Source: Lama glama
Lineage: Eukaryota
DNA length: 64,000 bases
Assembly (NCBI GenBank): GCA_028534125.1
Contig: CM052850.1
Coordinates: 1,240,001-1,304,000 of the forward strand
Direction: 5' to 3'
Notes under the pieces: model-generated
Databases searched by the model: none
The model's input: only the letters and a program-made list of their open reading frames with translations
Told to the model about the DNA's origin: nothing
Program-made: the position numbers and the translations under genes
In this document: piece by piece, positions 25,835 through 37,513 of the stretch
Numbering within the stretch: position 1 is the stretch's first letter
Layout: the number at the start of each line of letters is the position of its first letter

Positions 25835-25970
25835 CAGAAAGGGCTAGGCAGTAAATATTTTTGGCTTTGTAGGCCAACGTTGTCTCCATCACAACTACTC
25901 AACTCTGCCACTGCAGTGGGAAAGAGCCACAGACAACAGGAAATGCAAGTGTGTCCGACTGCCATCCCTG
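25835..25970. mobile_element. MER58-type DNA transposon remnant
   Basis: gtaaatatttttggctttgtaggcca...caactactcaactctgccactgcag. Confidence 0.65.
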
Positions 25971-26462
25971 CTTGAGACTCTTGAAAGCGGCTCTTTCAGA
26001 ATTTAAAGGAATTTCAACATGGTTTAACAAGAATGTACATCACCAAACATCTGCTGTAGTTTAATTCAAGAACCACTGCTAACACCTGTTTTGGGAGCCA
26101 TCAAAAGATAAAAAGACTATCTTTTAGGTAATAAGAGATAATACTTTTTCTAGGAGGGAAATAATGGTATTAAAGAGAAAATTATTCTATAAGTAATTAA
26201 GGAAGCCAGAGTTGTTGAAACAATTTTAGATCACAGTAGGGGATATTCTGTTTACACTGTTTTACTGACAATAGCACTATTACTTTAAAATTTCTTTTCA
26301 GCTATATAGAATACATAGTTAAAAGAAAAAAAAATCAATACCAAAACTCAACATCTTTTGGCTCCATAAAACTAGAAAGATAAGCCTTGAACTAGTCTCT
26401 GTATTTCTATCAAGGACAAAGTGTCACTGTCAACCGCAGGTTGACATGGGAGGCCCACTCAC

Positions 26463-26534
26463 CATTAGAGGGGACAAGCTGAGCTGCATGTCGATAGTAG
26501 GACTCTGCCTGGCTGGTCTGGTTTCTGTATCGAG
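26463..26534 (-). CDS. SMG7: SMG7 exon 6 (contains R163 of the phospho-UPF1 binding pocket)
   Basis: ctcag|(A)RYRNQTSQAESYYRHAAQLVPSN|gtgagt; 72 nt. Confidence 0.96.
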
Positions 26535-26701
26535 CTGAGAGGGGGAAAAAGAAAGTTTAGTTTAAAAACAAACAAGCAAGCAAGCAAACAAACAGATAAA
26601 ACAGCCAGCAGGGTAATTTTTCCAAAACAGCTATAGTTTTAAGTTTTAAAGTTAATAAACACATTGAAGTTAATTTAAGATGATTAAGACAGAATATATC
26701 C

Positions 26702-27236
26702 TAAAACAAATTAACTATAGGATTATGTGTGAAGTGTCCCTCCANNNNNNNNNNNNNNNNNNNNNNNNNNNNNNNNNNNNNNNNNNNNNNNNNNNNNNNN
26801 NNNNNNNNNNNNNNNNNNNNNNNNNNNNNNNNNNNNNNNNNNNNNNNNNNNNNNNNNNNNNNNNNNNNNNNNNNNNNNNNNNNNNNNNNNNNNNNNNNNN
26901 NNNNNNNNNNNNNNNNNNNNNNNNNNNNNNNNNNNNNNNNNNNAATTTATGTATTTCTTCAATATCTTATAAAGTGATTTTGAAAAACGCCTTATACATA
27001 TTACAATATTAATTATGTATGTGTGCAAAGAATACACTGAAAGCAAAAACCACCTAAATAAACTATTCACTGAATTGCCTCGCAGAACTTGGTGCTTACT
27101 TTGATGTGACCTCTCATGGAGTCAATGATTTCTGACACCAAGAAATCTAAAATCTTTGAACTTTAAAACAGTAATGTTCTCCACTCCTTGTTACTTGGGG
27201 ACAGTCAAAACATAATCCTATAGTTAATTTGTTTTA
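26702..27236. repeat. Perfect 27-bp inverted repeat pair (26702-26728 and 27210-27236) in SMG7 intron 5
   Basis: taaaacaaattaactataggattatgt is the exact reverse complement of acataatcctatagttaatttgtttta; pairing continues inward via tgtccc/gggaca. Confidence 0.95.
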
Positions 27237-27747
27237 TAACCCTTTAGGTCACCTTAAAGGAATGAACAAGAAATAAGTAAGTTATATAACATTCGCAGAT
27301 AAAATCTATAAAATGGAAGTACAACTTTAACTGTAAAAAGGGAACAGTTAAAAATGAACTTTTAATGCACTGGTAGGAAGGAAAGAAGGCAATCTAGTTT
27401 CAGAAGGAGTACTTTTTATAAACCCTACCATTCCAAAAGAGTACAGATTCAATTCAGAAAATATTATGACACCACTTTGAAAAATTTAGCTTTGATTACA
27501 TTTTTGCTGTTTATTACTTGCCTATATCTGCATAAAGTTTGAATAAAATTTAAATCTTAATATGAAAGTTACTTCCTTAAAGATCTTTTGCCAATCACAA
27601 AACATTGAGAAAATCTAAGTTCCTTAAAATACATTTTACAGGTTTCCTCTTATGACAATCTAAGTTATGTGTGGATGGTCAGCTCAAAGTGACTACTGCA
27701 AAGAAAAGCATGAATATATTATCAATCCCTTCACACTAAAGGCTCAC

Positions 27748-27919
27748 CAATGTCTCCGAGGTGGACGAGGCAGTGCTGGCAGATGTAGGAACAGGAGCTG
27801 GACTGTGGCTTCACAATGGCGCTGGTGTGCGTCTGTTTATTGCTGATAATCCCCAGCTGGGAAGACTTCACACGGCATGGTAAATCTACGTTAAACACTG
27901 TACACAGTTCTTGTAATAA
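27748..27919 (-). CDS. SMG7: SMG7 exon 5
   Basis: tttag|LLQELCTVFNVDLPCRVKSSQLGIISNKQTHTSAIVKPQSSSCSYICQHCLVHLGDI|gtgagc; 172 nt. Confidence 0.96.
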
Positions 27920-30719
27920 CTAAAAGGCAAACACGAGCAAGCTTTAGTATTAAGTCAGAACTGGTAAGTCAGAGGTGCGCCAACAGGGAAGTCTGTATAC
28001 GTTAATGTGTGTAGCTAGTATGCACACTGCTGAGACCGGACAGAGAGGGGAGCCTTTCATAGGATACCTAGTGACAGTCATTACAAATCATATCTTTTGA
28101 TTTCTGAAGTATTAGAACAATCTAGGATACACATCTAAAAGGAATAGCGTTAAAAAAAAAAAGACTACCTGAACAGGGTATTCAGACTCACTCAGCATGC
28201 AACTCCATGAAATTTATCTATGTATCTATCTATCTAGAAACACAAAAACCATTAAAGTTGGTTGGCTACAAACTGACTGAAGTGCAAACCCACACATTTG
28301 TTAGACAGCAGGAGTTTCACGTGCTCTGTTTTCTTAAGCCTGAGGTCAACCTGTGCCTTTGCATACAAAAAGATCTCATGTATTACAGACCTGGAAGGGG
28401 CTTCTGAGGTTATGTGGGCCACTGCTCTTTCCTCCTTTCTTCTCTGTTCTGCAGTATGAGGGGGTTCCTCTCCCTGGTGAGAGTGAACGTCTCTGCCTGA
28501 GCATGCCTATTTCATTCTTTTCTGCCTCCTGCCTGTCATCCCCTCATTTTTTAAATCTACTTTCAAATTCTCATGACTATTTGCTGTGGCCTATCAAGTG
28601 TTGTCCACAGAAAAACAGTAATAATAATAACAATAACTATTATTATAAAAAAACAAAAACAAAACCACCAAAGCACCCTCCCTTGTCCCTAGATTTCTCC
28701 TCTAGCAACCTTCTAACGTCTCCTCCTCTTCTCAGCCAAACTCCTTCAAAGGAGGCTCATGTGTCACATCTGCTTTCTCAATCCCTCCTCACTCCTTGAT
28801 CCATCATGATCTGGCCACTCCACAACCCCTGCTCCTCTCCCAGCCCACCATCCACCACTCCACTGAAACTGTGGTAAATACGACAAAGGGTTAGCAACAG
28901 CAAACACAATGGACATTTTCCAGTCATCATTGTACTGGACTTCTGCTACATTCAGAACAGCTGATCTTATGGTTGATAACCGAGCTTCTCTAGATCTTTG
29001 TATCTTGCCAAACATTTCAGTGTTCTTCAAAGGCTTTTCTCTCCCCACCCTGCTCCACGCTCAATGGGTGTCATTCCTGGGCCCCACACAGTTCTTCATG
29101 CTCCGTTCTTACTCATTCAAATATTTACTCATAAATACATTATATCTGGTTATTATAGCACCCACCATGGTAAGTGACAGAAAGAGAGACGAATAAGAAA
29201 ACCTGTGTTCTTACAGAACGCACAGCCAAATGAGCAAGACAGGCACATAAAGCAGTGGGCAAGAGAAGGATGGAGGGAGGAGGGTGGGGAGAGATATCAG
29301 CCAGGATGGCATAAGCCCACAGAACACTCTACATTTAAAATAAACTTCATTCCCTAGGTCACTTGATACACATGTCTTACTTTATCCTTGAGATAAACTA
29401 GTAGCAATACAGTATGTAGGCATGAAGCTCCACTTTTTCAGATAAGGCTAAGAAAAGTGACAGAGATAGCAAGTGTAATAAGGTTACAGAATTAGAAATA
29501 CATTGATTCTATCACCACTCTGCCATATGCAAAATTCACAATACAAAATAAGACACCCTCAGGACCCAACTCAGAAGGATATGAAAGGTCCCCTTTTTCC
29601 TAAAATAATAACCACCTCCATAATCGAATATAAAATCTGTACTCCCTTCGCACGACACGCAGGAATTACCTGCATCTTCACTTAGACCTGTACATTTGGA
29701 ACGAGCAGGAAATTTTCTGACTTAAAACTGAGTAAACAAAATTAGTGCCCAGAGTGGCTAGAGTCTAGAAATACAAAAAGCAAGAAGTACAAGAAAGGAA
29801 CAAAAAATAGGAAAAAAAAAACCCCACGAATAAATGACTGTGGAAGATGGCAAGAAGAAACATGCCAGAAAATAAAGAATTAAGTTCGGCAGGTGCTGAA
29901 AGAACAGACTGGAAAACGAGGCAAGGCTGAGTGTCTACCAAGAAGAAAAAAGAACGTTCACGAAAAGTAAGTCACACATGGCTGGAAACTCATGTGACTG
30001 TCTTACGGTTGAGTTTCTGCCTTAAAGCAGGAATTGCGGGCATACCAGGAAGTTCCTGCTGGTTCAAGGATTCTGGGTGAGAGAGCACCGGTGAGCTTGG
30101 GGGCAGAAACAAGGTGGAACTAAGGAGGAGAAACAGATGTCTAATTCGTTGAGGAAAACCAGATGGCAGTTACTCTGTGAAAACTCCGCTCCAGGGCTCC
30201 TTAGCGCTTCACTCTACATGAAGCATGGAAAACCGACTATAAACATACAATCACCTTTTAACTGTCCACTACAGAAACGTAATGCTATCTTCTTTGGTTC
30301 CCATTTTCTTAGAATAAGGACTATTGTTCTGTTCTTCGATGTTTTAAAAAAAAACAACCCTACAAGCATAATGTTACATTCTTACATTGACTAGGAATTT
30401 GGTTCTGGCTTGAGGGACCATGCTTTAAATAGTTAAACAAAATGATATCTAAGTCAGGATCATCTTCGCAGAAAATATGACAGAGGATAATCGTGCATCA
30501 GCCTCTTCTCAATCTACTCCAAACGGATCTCTATCTCCACTGCTCTAGAGAAGTCACCTTCAAGTCCAAGATACCATAAACTATAAAATGAACTAGTATT
30601 TTATGTAACATTGAGGAAAAAAAAAAAAACAACTCCCAATTAAATGGCGACTGAGCATCCTTTGTAATCGTATCCCTACCTCACAGATGTTAAAATACAA
30701 AAAATTAAGAAATGAGGAA

Positions 30720-31440
30720 ATACGGTATTCATTAATTTCACCAATGACTTCCACATTGTCCAATCTAATGGGCCACTTTTTAATCCTCTTACATGACTTC
30801 TTTGTGGCCCTGAACAGGGTTGATCACTCCTTCTCCTTATTGAAATGCTTTTCTCTTAGTTTCCAAGGCACTACTCTCTGATTTTCTCCTATTGCAATGT
30901 GGCTCCTCCTGTGCTAAACCTATTCCCACCTAGTCCTGTGGTTTAAATACCAAACACTAACGTCTAAGTCAGGGTGCTTCATTGCAGTTGTAAATTTTAC
31001 TCTGGCCCTGACCTTTTCACTGAGCTCCAAGCTTATTTATCCAATTACCTATTTAACCTCTCCACAGAGATGTCAAACAGGTATCTAACTTAACATGGAC
31101 ACAGTTGTTTTCTCCTCAGTAAATGGTACAACCAGTCAATCTGATAACTCAAGTCATCTTTGACTCTCTCCTTACCCTGATCCCACACATTCAATCCAAT
31201 TCATCAGGAAGTCCTACTGGTTAAAAATCCATCAACATCTTCCCAAAACTATCGTAGCACGCTACCTAGCTTCTGTTCCTGACTCCTGCTAATTCATTCT
31301 CCATACAACATCCAAGGTAATCTTTTAAAAATACAAATCTTATGTTACTTCCTTGCCTACTTTCCAATGATTTGCAACTACACTTAAGATTAAAATTCAA
31401 AACTCATCTTAGTCTGTGAAGTTGTACAATGATTTGGACT
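30720..31440 (-). mobile_element. L2 fragment (approximate bounds)
   Basis: L2-like motifs gttgatcactccttctcc, ttccaaggcactactctc, ctccaagcttatttatccaattacc. Confidence 0.55.
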
Positions 31441-32306
31441 TGGTATACTTCCTCAGTCTGGTAGCTTAATCTGCACCGCATGTAATCAAGAAAGATGTAT
31501 AGAATATTATTGTTAGCAACATCATTAACTGTTTCAATGATCAAACCAAGATAACAACAAAAATGTACGTAAAAAGTCCTTTTAATGTTGAGATCGGGAA
31601 AAAAAGTTTATTGCTGCTCATTCTACAATTGTAATTGCTCAGCCGCTGCCTGTGGAATGCAGTGGGGAAAATCAATGCTTACTATAAACATTTCAAAACG
31701 TAAATTTCAAAATTAGATTACCCACATATTTTTCCTTATAAAACAATGTTTTGAGACATTTGAATGATTCTATTATTTACTTACTTATAAAATGTTTTTG
31801 CAAGTACTATGCCCCCTTAACAAAAGTGGTGATTCCTGCTTTACTCCCTTGCAGATCTGTTCTGATTTATCAGTGTCTAATTTAAACCCTGGGGATGTAC
31901 TGCAGAAGATGGATGCTTTCCTTCGACCGCCACCAGGGCCAGCTGCATCGAGTTCCTACAGCCCCTCCCTACCTCAGCTGTGTGCACAGTTTAAATTTCT
32001 ACTGCATAAAGGAAGGAAAAGAGATTTAAGTCGGAAATGAGACTGGAGTTTTAAAACTGGACTATGTTTAAAAGCCAAAGAGCAATCAGAATGTTATGAA
32101 ATTTGTTCAGGATGTTATAATGGGTACCTGGAATTCAACAAAGTAGAGTTGAAAGTAATGACTGGGGGAAAGAAAGATACTATTTTTGTTAATATCCCAC
32201 TGAACTGAGACTAATTAACACTTAGAGTCAAACTGTATACACAATTTTATATCATGGTTTTTCACTTAATAATAACACAATTTTCTCATCTTAAAAAAAC
32301 TGTATA

Positions 32307-33398
32307 AACAGGACCTAATTAAGCTTAAAAGCTTTTGCATAGCAAAGGAAACTGTTGACAAAATGAAGACAAAGCTACTGAACAGAAAGTATCTGCAAAT
32401 GATATGACTGATACGGGGTTAACAGCCACAATATATAAAGTACTCATAAACCTCAACATCAAAAACCAAGCAACCAGATTAAAAAATCAGCANNNNNNNN
32501 NNNNNNNNNNNNNNNNNNNNNNNNNNNNNNNNNNNNNNNNNNNNNNNNNNNNNNNNNNNNNNNNNNNNNNNNNNNNNNNNNNNNNNNNNNNNNNNNNNNN
32601 NNNNNNNNNNNNNNNNNNNNNTCAGATGGCTATCATCAAAAAAGATAACAAATGATGGCGAGGATGTGGAGAGAAGGGAACCCTGTACACTGCCAGTGGG
32701 AATGTAAATTGGTGCACCACTGTGGAAAACAGCATAGAGATTCCTCAAAAAAACTAAAAGTAGAACTGCCATATGACGCAGCAATTTCACTCTTGGGTAT
32801 ATATCTGAAAAAAACAAAAACACTAATTCAAAAAGATATATACACTCCAATGTTCATAGCAGCACTATTTACAATAGCCAAGATATGGACACAAATTAAG
32901 TGTCAACAGATGAATGGATAAAGAAAATGGGGTGTGTGTGTGTACACCCACATGCATACATAAACAATGGAATACTACTCAGCCATAAAAAAGAATGAAA
33001 TTTTGCCATCTGCAACAACATGGACGGATCTGAAGAGTATTATATTTAGTGAAATAAGTCAAATACTGTATGTTATTACTTATATATGGAATCTAAAAAG
33101 TAAACAAACTATATATATAAAACAACAAAAAAAAACCAGACTCAGATATAGAGAACAAACTAGTCATTACCAGTAGAGAGAAAAAAGGGGGGAGGGGCAA
33201 AATAGGGGTAGGGGCATGAGAAGTATAAACTACTGTCTATAAAATAAATAACCTACAAGGATATAGTGCACAGCACAGGGAATGTAGCCAACATGTGTAG
33301 TAACCACAAATACAGTATAATTTTTAAAAAATTGTAACTCATTATGTTGTACACCTGAAACATAATATTGTACACCAACTATACCTCAATAAAAAAAT
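32307..33398 (+). mobile_element. 5'-truncated L1 (end of ORF2, 3'UTR, polyA)
   Basis: ggacctaattaagcttaaaagcttttgcatagcaaagg; ORF2 remnants (PMFIAALFTIAKIW; MEYYSAIKKNEIL); ends with ctatacctcaataaaaaaa. Confidence 0.92.
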
Positions 33399-33588
33399 CT
33401 TCACAAATATCATTTATAATAATTTCACAATTCCACTTTACAGATAAACTATAATTTCTTTAACCATTACTCTATTGCAGGATACTGGTGTTTTCAAATT
33501 TTAATACTTGAATTACAGTAGCTATTTCTTCCTTTAAATATAATAATTACTATTAAACATCCACTGATCTACAAACAAACAGGCAAAG

Positions 33589-33878
33589 AAAAAACTGTAC
33601 TATAAAAACTAGCAAACAAAACCAATCTGATAATTCCCGTATTTCAAAACTTTTAACACGCTGATCCTCCCACTCTGGATTGGATGCCCCTAAGGAAAGA
33701 CAACTGTTACCCAAATTTGGGTGACATGGCAATAAAAAACTGTACTATAAAAACTAGCAAACAAAACCAATCTGATAATTCCCGTATTTCAAAACTTTTA
33801 ACACGCTGATCCTCCCACTCTGGATTGGATGCCCCTAAGGAAAGACAACTGTTACCCAAATTTGGGTGACATGGCAAT
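33589..33878. repeat. Perfect tandem duplication, 2 x 145 bp
   Basis: 33589-33733 is identical to 33734-33878. Confidence 0.92.
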
Positions 33879-35447
33879 CAACATTAAATAAGTGAAAGGA
33901 CAAAAGAAGAAACTGGAAAAAAAGATGTTTGTCAAAAAACCTTTTTTTTAAATTAATATCTTTTTATATAGAAAGAGCTCAGACAAATCAACAAGGAAAA
34001 AATTCCATACATTAGAGAAAACGCTTTATACACAAACAGGCTTATCAAACCATTTAACAATACAAGGAAAAATGTACATTTTGTTTATAAAGCTGATACA
34101 AGAATGGATATGTACAACCATTACAAAAACACTACAGCATATAGATTAAAAGTGGTAATTTATCTTGAATGAGAGAATAATGAACAATTTTTAACTTTAT
34201 AATTTTCAAATCTCTTGAAATTAGTATGCATGTTTTTATAATCAGAAAGCCAAAAAAACCCTACATCTATTAATGTATCCATCTCCTCAGTCTGAATAGT
34301 CTCTTGAAAGTTAAAGACGGTCCCTTTTTCCTCCAATCCTCAGTGTCTAGTATTGTGCTTTACAAATAGTAGGCTTTTAATAGCTACTTGTAGAATGAAT
34401 TAATCGTTAAAATTCACTGTAAGGATTAATTAGTGGCACACCATGATCCCTCACTCCAAAAGTATCAACTCTAGCTAAAAGTCAGCCTCAATTTAAATGA
34501 ATTTTGAGAGTAAGGACCATACTTGAGTTCTTTCAGCGATGAACTGTGATGAATGTTTTAGCCTAAGTAAAACAAATAAATCTCTGTAAGATGACGGCTA
34601 CTTGGCATCTTCCAACAGTCTTTTCTTATTCTTACCATTCTAAGAAATGGTAAAACCAAAACAGAGCCAAAGTACAGGCAGCAATGGTCAAGCAGCAGCA
34701 CAGAAAAAGAACCAGCCAAAAACTTGTTTCAGTGCAAGATCCTCAAGACAAGACTGTCTTGTCATTGTAAGGTGAGAATTTAAGTACATTTTATTAATTA
34801 AATTATGAATGCTATTACAAATGGATGAAATGTTCTAAAGAATTCTGCTTATAGTAAAGAAAATTCACTGTTTGAAGAAAAGATGCGTTTATTCTTTTAC
34901 CTTGCCTGACTTAGAAGTTATATCAGGATGTGACTAAGGACAAGGAAGGGCTCTGAGGATGAGAATAGCTTATTACTCAAACTGAGGAAAAACTACTCCA
35001 TTTCTTAGCTAGTTTAACAGCACTTCCAGCCCCAGATAAATTCTATGTTTATATAACACTATGAAGACTCCCTTGATGTCACACATTTTGACTCTTTCTT
35101 ACCTGACACAATACAGCTGACAGCTCGTAACTGCTATGCCCAGACCCACACAATGACATTTGCTCTAACCCCACCAGTAACCGACTACCTAATGTTTCAC
35201 TAATACACTGCTCTCATCACCCTTTTTTCATTCACACAATTATACCCCCAACCTTTAAGCTGAACAATCACCTTTTTAAGAGCGGAGTCTTTACTGTTTT
35301 AAAAGTCTTACAGAAAACAACTTGGGACATTTTTATTCCTTTGAGATTACAGGTGACCAACTCCTGGACTGACCACACAGTGGGTACACAAGTGCTTCTA
35401 TGAACAAGATGTACAGAAAGAGAACATTCACCACCAATTCTACGAAA

Positions 35448-35699
35448 NNNNNNNNNNNNNNNNNNNNNNNNNNNNNNNNNNNNNNNNNNNNNNNNNNNNN
35501 NNNNNNNNNNNNNNNNNNNNNNNNNNNNNNNNNNNNNNNNNNNNNNNNNNNNNNNNNNNNNNNNNNNNNNNNNNNNNNNNNNNNNNNNNNNNNNNNNNNN
35601 NNNNNNNNNNNNNNNNNNNNNNNNNNNNNNNNNNNNNNNNNNNNNNNNNNNNNNNNNNNNNNNNNNNNNNNNNNNNNNNNNNNNNNNNNNNNNNNNNNN
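35448..35699 (-). CDS. SMG7: SMG7 exon 4 (about 133 nt, including K66) inferred to lie somewhere inside this N-run
   Basis: The expected WNHAFKNQ...GFYTQ exon was not found elsewhere between exons 3 and 5; phase 2 to phase 0 requires an intervening exon; exact boundaries are not visible. Confidence 0.7.
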
Positions 35700-37395
35700 A
35701 ACACACTAGACAGTAAGCTTGCATTAAAGTTATTCACTTATTTAAATAACTTTATGCTCCCCTTTGAACAAGAATAGACAAGCCGTAGAAGGCATCTGAC
35801 CTTGGTAAACACTTACCAAATATTCGAATAACCAGACTGTGGCTTCAGTTACTAATCTTTTAGTGCTACTAGAGTTAAGCCCTATTTAGGGATCCCAGTA
35901 TAAAATCAAAACCTCAGGGGCAACCAAAGTAAAAATAAGCTATTAATAAACTTCCATACATTGTACAGCTGTGCCGAAAAATGACTGACTGTTCTTTATG
36001 AAGTGACATGTCTGGATCTGGGGAAAAAGACTGTTTTTTTGGGTCAATATTAAGCCATATCTCTTACTTCTCTAAAACCTATTTCCCACAGTACTCCATT
36101 CTTTTTCTGTTTAATAATTTGTTTATTTCTCTTAGGGCTAATATTTTCTTTCAAGCTTGAAATATAAGCTCATTTTTGATATTTCAATTTTGGCTATTCA
36201 CTAATTTTGGCTATAAACTAAGAAACAACACAATGCTGAAATATGGCATACCAAAGTCTATTATAAACTGTCTTTCATTAATAAGTTGTATGGAAAATCA
36301 CTTAAAATTCAGTTATGGTAAAATATAGTCACTCCCTAATTTGGAAATTACAGAGGGGAAAAAGATACAAACAAATAAAAATACCCAGAACCAGGATGGA
36401 GGAAAGGAAGATATTACTGGCTTGACTAAAGGAAGCAACATGGATGAAAAGGGTTTACAACCTACCTGGAAAGTACCTAATTCTTTATCAACAGCAGCTT
36501 TTCAGGCTCTTTTGAGGCACTGGGGTTTTTAATGTCTTATGAGGGCAATCACTCCCTCAGCACTTTTGATGCCATCTTATCCTTGACTCTAATATCAAAA
36601 ATATGGATTTTGAGTGGTTGTGATTAAGCTCTATTACTAGACCTCCTAACAACATAAAGGTTAGGTGTGGAGGACAGGAAAAACTCATCTTCACCACAAC
36701 TTAGCATAATGGGCATTATTAAATCGAATATTCTTGATTTTTAATTTTCCACCAGGCTAACATCCTTGTTCCAACTTATAATGTAAGGCCTTCCATGAAT
36801 GGCATTCATTTACTCACTAGGGAATCTGACATCTGCCATTTCACCTCTCATAGAAAGAATGAGTAGAGCAGCCTAAACATACAAAATCCTTCTTTAGCTG
36901 TATTTTTGGGTGAAAAAAGGAAGTATTTATTTATTTGATTAAAAGGAAGAACTTTCCTTCTAATGCAAACACATTTTCTTTTGGGAGAAATTTATAGAAT
37001 CACATTTATCAAAGAAAGATTTGTCTAAAGTCTACCCTTCAATTTCTTTTTTTTAATCATATACTGAAGACAATACAGAGAATCCAAACACTGTCTCTCA
37101 GTACTTGAAATATACACAGATTTGTTTTTACGATACGCCCTAAAGTCCTCAATAAGGCTCAACTCTAAACATTTCTCTTCTTGCCAACTAAGACTAGTCT
37201 GAAGAAAAACCAGTGGTCAAAAATTTTGCTAAAAAAATCACAAGTATTAGAATTTTTCTTTTCTTTCTTTTTTTTTTCACTGAAAAAGCTTACTCTGACA
37301 CCGGTTAAAAAGGAACAACCAAATTGTTCTCTTCTATTCTAAAGCCTTGGTGAGACTCTTGATATTACAGGGACATCCCAAGTGATAATACTTAC

Positions 37396-37513
37396 AGATC
37401 CTGTTCTACTTTCTTGTCTAAAGCGTATTCCAAATCAGTAACTAGCATTTTCTGGTACAGGTCCTGCAGAGCCTGCCTGGATGTCCAGACCTCAGCTGGA
37501 CCCAGCTTGGAAT
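37396..37513 (-). CDS. SMG7: SMG7 exon 3
   Basis: ctcag|(D)SKLGPAEVWTSRQALQDLYQKMLVTDLEYALDKKVEQD|gtaagt; 118 nt. Confidence 0.96.

Noticed and set aside
26702-27236. Reading the inverted repeat as a MITE, pre-miRNA or snoRNA
   Set aside because: No recognised TIR family; the loop of about 480 nt is too long for a pre-miRNA; no C/D or H/ACA boxes identified in the visible part. The masked 199 nt cannot be assessed
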